Shown piece by piece: positions 55,913 to 62,578 of a DNA stretch of 62,578 nucleotides (its first letter is position 1; every line of letters starts with the position of its first letter). A program made the position numbers and the translations under genes. The stretch lies in NCBI GenBank assembly GCA_012517605.1, contig JAAYUS010000044.1, forward strand, positions 1 through 62,578. Direction: 5' to 3'. Source of the DNA: Bacteroidales bacterium. Its GTDB lineage: Bacteria; Bacteroidota; Bacteroidia; Bacteroidales; VadinHA17. The notes beneath the pieces are model-generated. The model saw nothing but the letters and a program-made list of their open reading frames with translations, was not told the DNA's origin and made no database searches.

Positions 55913-56595
55913 ACCTTCCGCAACCAGAAGAATTCATAGATATCCATACTCACGGATCAACGCCCGTGAAGGGCATTTTTGCCGTTGAAAATATGATGGC
56001 TCACGAAGAGCATGTTCCGGAGGATCTTACGGCTAAGGCCTTCACTGCCGGCATCCATCCGTGGTACCTTAATGAATCGAATAAAACCGGACTAATTGAA
56101 TATGTAAAAGATATTTCATCTGATCCACGCCTTATTGCCCTTGGCGAGGCAGGCTTTGATAAGCTGAGAGGTCCGTCGATGGAACTTCAAAGACTGGTTT
56201 TCATGGAACAGGCAAAAATTGCCGGAAGCCTGAACAAGCCCTTGATAATCCATTGCGTAAAAGCTTGGGATGAATTGTTTAAAATGCACCGGCTGCTTAA
56301 ACCTTCAGTACCCTGGATGGTACATGGCTTCAGGGGCAAAAAGGAACTTGCAAGCCAGCTTCTGTCGAGAGGAATGTATGTCTCTTTCTGGGTCAGTTTT
56401 ATTGTAAGGCCGGAATCATCCGATCTTGTCAGGTTCATTCCCCGCGAAAGGATCTTTCTTGAAACAGATGGCTCTGATACTGATATCAGGGATATTTACA
56501 ACAAGGTGGCAGATGATCTGGGAATCGGTATCAGCGAACTTAAAAATATAATCATCAGGAATTTCAATGAACTGTTCGGAGGACAAAAAGACTGA
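55909..56595 (+). CDS. TatD-family metal-dependent hydrolase
   Basis: IDIHTHG N-terminal metal motif, GEAGFD, IIHCV, ETD. Its ATG overlaps the gltX stop (ATGA). Confidence 0.8.
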   Translation: MNLPQPEEFIDIHTHGSTPVKGIFAVENMMAHEEHVPEDLTAKAFTAGIHPWYLNESNKTGLIEYVKDISSDPRLIALGEAGFDKLRGPSMELQRLVFMEQAKIAGSLNKPLIIHCVKAWDELFKMHRLLKPSVPWMVHGFRGKKELASQLLSRGMYVSFWVSFIVRPESSDLVRFIPRERIFLETDGSDTDIRDIYNKVADDLGIGISELKNIIIRNFNELFGGQKD

Positions 56596-57331
56596 CGGGA
56601 AGGAAAAGGAAACTGACTGGCTGTCGAGGGCAAGGCTGCTTGTAGGTGATGATGTATTGGAAAGGCTGAGATCATCAAATGTTCTTGTTGTGGGTCTCGG
56701 AGGGGTAGGAGCCTATGCTGCTGAAATGATCTGCAGGGCAGGCGTGGGAAAAATGACAATTGTTGATGGAGACAGGGTGCACCCGACGAACCGTAACAGA
56801 CAGCTTATTGCACTTAGGAGCAATGAGGGATTACCGAAAGCAATCGTGATGGGAGAAAGACTTATTAACATAAATCCTTCTCTCGATCTGACTGTAATAA
56901 ATGAATACCTCAAGGACTCAAGAATGGTTGAAGTCCTCAATCAGGGATATGATTACCTTGTTGATGCAATAGACACACTTTCGCCCAAGGTTTTTCTTAT
57001 AAGGCATGCCGTAAGCAAAAACATCCCTGTTGTGAGTTCGATGGGGTCGGGAGGCAAATTCGATCCATTGAAGATTTCCATATGTGATATTTCTGAGACC
57101 ACCGACTGTCCACTGGCAAGGATATTAAGAAAACGGCTTCATAAATTAGGGATCAGGGAAGGGGTTACTGCTGTTTATTCAGCCGAAGTCATAGACAAAA
57201 CAAAGGTCATACCGGCTGAAGGAGAACCCAACAAGGCCTCAATAGTCGGAACCATATCCTATATGCCAGCTGCCTTCGGTATTGCATGCGCCTCAGTCGT
57301 TATACGCGATCTGGCCGGCATTCCCCGTTAG
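56567..57331 (+). CDS. tcdA: tRNA threonylcarbamoyladenosine dehydratase (ThiF/E1-like)
   Basis: WLSRARLLVG...VLVVGLGGVGAYAAEMICRAGVGKMTIVDGD. It overlaps the tatD-family gene by 29 nt. Confidence 0.8.
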   Translation: MNCSEDKKTDGKEKETDWLSRARLLVGDDVLERLRSSNVLVVGLGGVGAYAAEMICRAGVGKMTIVDGDRVHPTNRNRQLIALRSNEGLPKAIVMGERLININPSLDLTVINEYLKDSRMVEVLNQGYDYLVDAIDTLSPKVFLIRHAVSKNIPVVSSMGSGGKFDPLKISICDISETTDCPLARILRKRLHKLGIREGVTAVYSAEVIDKTKVIPAEGEPNKASIVGTISYMPAAFGIACASVVIRDLAGIPR

Positions 57332-57337
57332 ATACCG

Positions 57338-58723
57338 TTAAGAGCCGGAATGTTTGTCAGACATAGGTCTGTTCACGGTTTTTCCATTTGTCTTTTTGAA
57401 GATAAAATAGAATGGTATTCCTGTCGCCACTGTAAGAAGAGCAACTGATGATTCAACAGGTCTCTCCATAAATGAAAGCACAAGAATCAGGACCCCTGCT
57501 GAAGCATAAATCAGCTGAGTGACAGGAAAACCCTTAATCCTCAAGGCCTCAGGTTTCATTTTTCTGAGTTTCCATATTCCCAGGATGGTCAGCACAGGGA
57601 AAATTCCCAGTGCAAATCCCATATATGTAAGAACCTGTTCAAAAGTACCTGAAAGTACAAGTATAACGGCGATCAGGCACTGGAGAAGAATGGAATTTGA
57701 AGGAACCTGGAATCTTTTGTGGATCCTTGCAACCCAGTTGAAGAAAAGGCCGTCGCGCGCCATCGAATAATAGACTCTCGGACCTATTATAATAAATGCA
57801 CTAAGGGATGAGAACAAGGCAAAAGCAATTAATATTGAAAAAAGCACTCCTGCTGATTTCCCGAACAGGTTACTCATTGCAAGACCTCCGACCGAAATGA
57901 CGCCTTTCATCGCTTCAGGTTCAATTCCGTAAACATACAATGTGTTTAATGCCAGGTACAGAAGAAGAACTATAACTGTTCCGATGATCAGTGATCCGGG
58001 CAGGTTTCGGGACGGATTCTTTATTTCAGCGCCCAGATATGTCGATGCATTCCATCCGCTGTAGGCGAACATTATCCACATAAGCGACAGTCCGATGGTT
58101 TTCCATCCTGCCAGTCCCGAAGGCATATCGCCACCCTTTGAAAAATTTGAAAAGCTTCCGTTGCCTGATGAAAAGCCGGCTGTTAATAAAATAACAATAA
58201 GCAGTATTTTAAGGAGAGTCAGGGCATTTTGAATTCGTGCGCCGTATTTTATACCCCTGTAATGGATTAAGGTAAAGATAACTATCACTGAAATGGCAAG
58301 AAATTTATTTGTCACCTCCGGTCTCATGATACCGGCATTCCCGAGCCAGGCGGTAAAACCGGGCAACGCTCTTGTGAAGTACTCGCTGAATCCGAGAGCT
58401 GAGGCAGCAATAGGTGCCGAAAAGCCCACAATGAATGAGACCCATCCGCTAAGAAAGCCAAAAACAGGATGATATAATTCTGAAAGGAATAGATATTCAC
58501 CTCCTGCCCCGGGCATGGCAGCGCCCAGTTCTCCGTAGGAAAGGGCTCCGCAAAGCGCTATAATACCGCCAATTGCCCAAAGTGTCAGCATAAGCCCCGG
58601 ATTATTGAGACCGGTCATCAGGAGTCCGGAAGTGGTGAATATCCCGGCTCCTATCATGTTTGCAACAACTATATTAGTGGCCGGGAAAAGCCCCAGCTTT
58701 CTTTCAAGTTTTTCTTCAGCCAT
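57338..58723 (-). CDS. APC-superfamily amino acid permease
   Basis: About 12 TM helices and an N-terminal NIVVANMIGAGIFTTSG motif. 461 aa. Confidence 0.85.
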   Translation of the reverse strand: MAEEKLERKLGLFPATNIVVANMIGAGIFTTSGLLMTGLNNPGLMLTLWAIGGIIALCGALSYGELGAAMPGAGGEYLFLSELYHPVFGFLSGWVSFIVGFSAPIAASALGFSEYFTRALPGFTAWLGNAGIMRPEVTNKFLAISVIVIFTLIHYRGIKYGARIQNALTLLKILLIVILLTAGFSSGNGSFSNFSKGGDMPSGLAGWKTIGLSLMWIMFAYSGWNASTYLGAEIKNPSRNLPGSLIIGTVIVLLLYLALNTLYVYGIEPEAMKGVISVGGLAMSNLFGKSAGVLFSILIAFALFSSLSAFIIIGPRVYYSMARDGLFFNWVARIHKRFQVPSNSILLQCLIAVILVLSGTFEQVLTYMGFALGIFPVLTILGIWKLRKMKPEALRIKGFPVTQLIYASAGVLILVLSFMERPVESSVALLTVATGIPFYFIFKKTNGKTVNRPMSDKHSGS

Positions 58724-58734
58724 AATGCCGGGAA

Positions 58735-59409
58735 TTATTTTTCGGATTTCTTGTAGCTAATGGAGACTCCTCCGCCGGCTGTGTTCACTGTGGTCTCGTA
58801 ATTCTTAAGGCTTCTTACATATTCGAGAAAGACTGACTGACCGCCATATCCTCCGTATCCCCTTCCACGTTCCGATATATTATGGGCAGTGAAACATCCA
58901 CCGACTTTTAATTTTGGATCAACATCAATAAAATAGTTAAGATACCAGTCCTTATCGGCATCACTGAACACAAAATCAAAAGGACCTTTAAGTTCTTTTA
59001 CGATCTTATGCGCATCGCCAAGTCTTGCATCAATGTAATCCGATAACCCTGCTTCCCTGAAGTTGGCAAGGGCTTCCTTATGGCGTTGTTCATCAATCTC
59101 TATGGTTATCAGCTTTCCGCCGGTTTTGCTGAGGGCCCAGGCTATCCAGATCCCTGAATGGCCCGTGGAGGTTCCGATTTCCAGAGCCGATTTGTAATTT
59201 CCCTTTATTATCAGGTCGTAGAGAAGCTGTCCGTCGACAGCAGGTACGTTCATATCATACCACCTCCGCGAACGGTCGTTGAGGAATTTTCTGACCTTTT
59301 CGTCTATCGCACTTCCTGCGGCGCCTGGTTGTGCATTTAGCCCGCATGTAAGAAACTGAATTATGGAAGCACCGGCTATTAACAGCAATATCTTAATGTT
59401 CTTTTTCAT
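58735..59409 (-). CDS. Class I SAM-dependent O-methyltransferase (family 3-like) with an N-terminal signal peptide
   Basis: MKKNIKILLLIAGASIIQFLTCGLNAQ signal peptide, SAM motif I LEIGTSTGHSG, DFVFSDADK. The start is taken at the ATG at 59409 (ORF track to 59565). Confidence 0.72.
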   Translation of the reverse strand: MKKNIKILLLIAGASIIQFLTCGLNAQPGAAGSAIDEKVRKFLNDRSRRWYDMNVPAVDGQLLYDLIIKGNYKSALEIGTSTGHSGIWIAWALSKTGGKLITIEIDEQRHKEALANFREAGLSDYIDARLGDAHKIVKELKGPFDFVFSDADKDWYLNYFIDVDPKLKVGGCFTAHNISERGRGYGGYGGQSVFLEYVRSLKNYETTVNTAGGGVSISYKKSEK

Positions 59410-59569
59410 GGGGAGAATTTTATTGAGTTTTGGCAACCATATAATATTATGACAATTAATGAACGTTTTATATTCCCTTAAGATATCACTTTCATCTTGT
59501 AATCCAATTGCAATTCTTTTTCTAACTTTCCTCATTTTAAATTCAGCCTGAAAACAAAGAAGCAATCAG

Positions 59570-61105
59570 ATGAAAAAGCCCTTCAGCGTCAGCAGTGCCA
59601 CCATAATAATCATCCTTCTGGCGGTTTTAAATGCAGTCATTCACATAGTATTTTCCTACAACCTGGAATATCACCGCGATGAGCTTCTTTATTTTTCCCT
59701 TGGCCAGCATCCTTCATTTGGTTATGCCACTGTGCCGCCTATGACGGGGTGGGTGGCATGGCTGATGAAAAGCCTTTTCGGCTATTCAATATTTGCTGTG
59801 AGGATCTTCCCAGCCCTTTTGAGCATTCTCATGGTTGTGCTTGTGTCTGAAACTGCCAGGGAACTCGGAGGCTCCGATTTTTCAAGAATACTTGCTGCCA
59901 TTGGAATTATTGTATCAATAATAGGGCTCAGAACTTTCCTGATGTTCCAGCCTGTACACATCGACCTGTTTTTGTGGACACTTTTGTTTTACCTGCTTGT
60001 AAAATACATAAATACAGAGAGGGGCAAATATCTTGTACTATTTGGCATCGCGGCAGGGTTTACCCTTCTCAACAAATACCTTGTCGGAGTGTTCTTCCTG
60101 TCTCTTCTCCTTGTTGTTCCTTTCACCCGTTACAGATACCTGTTTAGAGAAAAGAAATTCTGGATTGGCATTCTTGCTGCAATAGTTGTATTTTCACCTA
60201 ACCTGATATGGCAGATAGCCAACAAACTCCCGGTACTGAAACATTTTTCGGAGCTTCAGAGGACTCAGCTTGTAAATGTCGACAGAGGCGCTTTTCTGTT
60301 TGAACAGCTTATGATGCCCGGAGCTGCCTCTTTTCTTACAGTTGCAGGTCTGCTTTTTCTGTACCTGGATAAAAAAATGAAGCCATACAGGTTCCTTGGA
60401 AGCGTATCACTCGGAGTGATTCTGATACTAATGCTGCTGCAGGGTAAAAGCTATTATACGCAGGGAATCTTCCCCTTCCTGATGGCCGCCGGTGCAGTAA
60501 GCTGGGAAGCGATGATTAAAAAAGCATGGTTGAGGATGGCACTGGTTGCACTTATTCTGGCAATGACATTGCCTGTGCTGCCAATAGGTATTCCCGTTCA
60601 TAAACCTGAAGGATTGGTGAAATACTTCGACAAACTCAAGAAGGTATATGGGATGGACTTTGTATGCAGATTCGAGGACAATTCAATACACTCACTTCCC
60701 CAGGATTATGCCGATATGCTTGGATGGGAAGAGCTTACAAAAATAGCAGACAAGGCATGGCAGATGATCCCCGATAAAGATGCTGCATTCATTTACGCTG
60801 AAAACTACGGGCAGGCAGGAGCAATAACGGTTATCGGGAAAAAATACGGACTGCCTGAGGCTGTATGTTTCAGCGAAAGCTTCCTTTACTGGATACCCCG
60901 GGATTTTGATCCCGACATAAAATATGCTGTATATATTAATGATGAACCAGGAGAAGACATTTATCAGGTATTCAGGAAAGTGACAAAAATAGGTGCCATC
61001 TCAAATCGGGATGCCAGGGAGTTTGGGACCGGAGTATATTTATGCGAAGATCCTGTGGCAGGCTTCAACGGATTCTGGACAGAAAGGCTCAAACAATTAT
61101 TTTGA
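59570..61105 (+). CDS. GT39/ArnT/PMT-like membrane glycosyltransferase
   Basis: Polytopic N-terminal half with a first-loop acidic motif (YHRDELLYFSLG) and a soluble C-terminal domain. 511 aa. Confidence 0.6.
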   Translation: MKKPFSVSSATIIIILLAVLNAVIHIVFSYNLEYHRDELLYFSLGQHPSFGYATVPPMTGWVAWLMKSLFGYSIFAVRIFPALLSILMVVLVSETARELGGSDFSRILAAIGIIVSIIGLRTFLMFQPVHIDLFLWTLLFYLLVKYINTERGKYLVLFGIAAGFTLLNKYLVGVFFLSLLLVVPFTRYRYLFREKKFWIGILAAIVVFSPNLIWQIANKLPVLKHFSELQRTQLVNVDRGAFLFEQLMMPGAASFLTVAGLLFLYLDKKMKPYRFLGSVSLGVILILMLLQGKSYYTQGIFPFLMAAGAVSWEAMIKKAWLRMALVALILAMTLPVLPIGIPVHKPEGLVKYFDKLKKVYGMDFVCRFEDNSIHSLPQDYADMLGWEELTKIADKAWQMIPDKDAAFIYAENYGQAGAITVIGKKYGLPEAVCFSESFLYWIPRDFDPDIKYAVYINDEPGEDIYQVFRKVTKIGAISNRDAREFGTGVYLCEDPVAGFNGFWTERLKQLF

Positions 61106-61146
61106 TCATTTGTTAAACGTTTGTAGCATTAATGCTGATAACGTAA

Positions 61147-61154
61147 TATCTTTG
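61147..61154 (+). promoter_or_regulatory. Candidate -7 box TATCTTTG upstream of the TerB-like gene
   Basis: Exact TAnnTTTG, 37 nt before the ATG at 61192. A TTTG at 61120..61123 gives a 23-nt spacer that contains the palindrome AGCATTAATGCT. Confidence 0.35.
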
Positions 61155-61191
61155 AAAACTATAAATTGACTCAGAAACAAATTGATTATAT

Positions 61192-61632
61192 ATGAACTTT
61201 TCAGATTTCATAAAAGATAACGGCAAAAGAGTAAGCAAGGAACACTATCTCCATCTCGTTCAGGTTTCGAGAGCTGACGGAAAGATCAATCCCGAGGAAC
61301 TGGCGCTGCTTCACAAGGAAGGAAGGAAATTCGGTCTTACCGATCCCGAAATCGACAGGATAATTGAACAGGAAGCCAAACATCATTACGATCCACCATA
61401 CAGCCTGCATGACAAATTTGAACATCTTTTCAATGTTGCCCAGATGATCCTGGCCGATGAAGTCGTGTCGGAAGGTGAAAAGAAACTGCTGAAACGTTTT
61501 GCCATTGAGGCAGGATTCAGCGACAAGACGGTTGCCAGGCTTATCGATCTGCTGATAAGCGGTATCAAAGGCGGAGAAGACGAAGAGACTCTTTTCAAAA
61601 AATTTAAAAAAGATATTCTGTTTAAAGACTGA
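61192..61632 (+). CDS. TerB-like (TerB/DjlA N-domain superfamily) helical protein
   Basis: Two internal repeats of the ADGxIxxxExxLL pattern (SRADGKINPEELALLHKEGRKFGL; LADEVVSEGEKKLLKRFAIEAGF). 146 aa. Confidence 0.5.
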   Translation: MNFSDFIKDNGKRVSKEHYLHLVQVSRADGKINPEELALLHKEGRKFGLTDPEIDRIIEQEAKHHYDPPYSLHDKFEHLFNVAQMILADEVVSEGEKKLLKRFAIEAGFSDKTVARLIDLLISGIKGGEDEETLFKKFKKDILFKD

Positions 61633-61719
61633 ATTATTCCTTCAAATCATTCCTTTTTTTTCAGGATTTTACTAACTTGTATGGGTTATCACCTGACCTG
61701 ACAATTAACAAGTTAGAAA

Positions 61720-62229
61720 ATGAGAATTATTTTAACCGGGTCTGTTGTTTTTGTGATCTGGGCATTTTTCTCGACATGGCTCTTTGTTGATGTCCTTAAG
61801 CCGGCCCTAAAAAAACCAGTTCCTGAAGTAACAGTACCCAAAACCACAGACACTGTGGCCGATTCATTGGCGCTTATATATGCGCTGATGCCGAAAGACC
61901 TTGTTATCCGGCATGATTTTAACAAAGCCGGATTTAAACCTGATGCAGAGACTGAGTCAAGACTTGCCGAATTTAAAAGCTGGCTTGATAATCATCCTGA
62001 ATCGGTTCTTATAATTACCGGACATACAGACCTTGTCGGTACGCCGGAGTACAATCAGGAGCTTGGACTTGAAAGAGCCAGGGGAGCTATGGAGTATCTG
62101 AAGGGAAAAGGATTTCCTGAGTCCAGGATGACGGTTGTTTCAAAAGGTGAACTGGAACCCTCTGCAGGTTATATTACGGCCGAAGAGAGAGCAAAAAACA
62201 GAAGAACAGTAATATCAATTAAAAAATAG
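61720..62229 (+). CDS. OmpA/MotB-domain peptidoglycan-binding protein with an N-terminal TM anchor
   Basis: ITGHTDLVGTPEYNQELGLERARGAMEYL and NRRTVISI match the OmpA_C-like signature. Confidence 0.85.
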   Translation: MRIILTGSVVFVIWAFFSTWLFVDVLKPALKKPVPEVTVPKTTDTVADSLALIYALMPKDLVIRHDFNKAGFKPDAETESRLAEFKSWLDNHPESVLIITGHTDLVGTPEYNQELGLERARGAMEYLKGKGFPESRMTVVSKGELEPSAGYITAEERAKNRRTVISIKK

Positions 62230-62233
62230 GACA

Positions 62234-62578
62234 ATGAACACATTAATAATATTTCAGGTTATGTCAGTAGGCGCTTCAGCCGCTTTGATCATCGCCCTGC
62301 TGCTTGTGGCCGGACTGATAGGATATCTTACGGCATGGTATTATGCAAAGTCGGTTTATACACCGGTCATCAAAAAGCTTGAAGAGGAAAAGGCTCAGCT
62401 AAACAGGGAAATATCGGGTTTGAAAGAAGATATTGCGGCCCTTAAAAGCAAAATTGTTGATCTGGATAAGAAAATCGATGATCTCGACAAGGATGTTTCG
62501 GAAAAAGAAAGAGAAATTTCAAAAAAGGTTGATATAATCACCGGCCTCGAAAATGAGCTGAAGGAACTCAGAAAGAAG
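62234..62578 (+). CDS. TM-anchored coiled-coil protein (3'-truncated by the window edge)
   Basis: It is absent from the ORF track because it has no stop codon. The ATG at 62234 opens MNTLIIFQVMSVGASAALIIALLLVAGLIGYLTAWYY, followed by a heptad-rich KKLEEEKAQLNREISGLKEDIAALKSKIVDLDKKIDDLDK... The frame stays open to the window end. Confidence 0.55.
   Translation, partial: MNTLIIFQVMSVGASAALIIALLLVAGLIGYLTAWYYAKSVYTPVIKKLEEEKAQLNREISGLKEDIAALKSKIVDLDKKIDDLDKDVSEKEREISKKVDIITGLENELKELRKK

Noticed and set aside
61192-61632. The TerB-like protein might mark a tellurite-resistance (ter) operon or a TerY-P-type system.
   Set aside because: No terC, terD/E/Z, terA, vWA, kinase or phosphatase genes are adjacent. 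Only an OmpA-domain gene and a coiled-coil gene follow.
1-62578. I searched for CRISPR arrays, rRNA/tRNA genes, IS elements, integrases, phage genes and toxin-antitoxin pairs.
   Set aside because: No spacer-repeat periodicity is present, and no non-coding gap is over 345 nt. Every ORF over about 110 aa that is not antisense to a conserved gene is assignable to a housekeeping, envelope or uncharacterised-conserved family. No recombinase or transposase motifs were seen. This was a visual inspection only, so short ncRNAs cannot be excluded.

Overview
This 62.6-kb window is a densely coding (about 90%) chromosomal core segment. It looks like a Bacteroidota genome: it carries T9SS/gliding genes, many TAnnTTTG -7 promoter boxes, no Shine-Dalgarno-type spacing, and the panC/panD/glmS and holB-PSP1-gldH syntenies. 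I support 54 protein-coding genes (one truncated at the right edge). Most are housekeeping: topA, PBP1A, radA, panCD, glmS, metG, pgk, gltX, nrdJ, kbl-tdh, waaA, tsaE, trmB, holB and tpx. Scattered among them are type IX secretion/gliding components: a PorP/SprF-family gene, porW(sprE)-porX, and gldH. There is also a six-gene nucleotide-sugar cassette (rfbB, galE, and a full WbpA/B/D/E set for UDP-2,3-diacetamido-2,3-dideoxy-glucuronate). I see no rRNA, tRNA or CRISPR array. I see no transposase, integrase or phage gene, and no recognisable defence island or toxin-antitoxin pair. Intergenic spacers are at most 345 nt and the sequence reads as compositionally uniform. I therefore cannot point to a convincing new multi-gene system, and I say so rather than inflate one. 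Several smaller items deserve a second look. (1) An arginase-fold protein with degenerate metal ligands sits next to the PorP/SprF gene. (2) A 666-aa beta-helix protein of unknown function is coupled to glmS. (3) A small family of CAAAG/GCGAAG-phased intergenic elements abuts stop codons. (4) A 33-bp tandem duplication has split a formerly overlapping gene junction. (5) Several proteins would probably be mis-annotated by homology: a half-size glycogen-synthase-like protein, a Cys-to-Ala alkyltransferase-like protein, and a signal-peptide-bearing O-methyltransferase. (6) Three poorly characterised small clusters are present: lipoprotein+LuxE-like, TerB-like+OmpA-like+coiled-coil, and HK-RR-YraN-oxidoreductase. 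All family assignments come from reading motifs by eye in the supplied translations. No database search was run.
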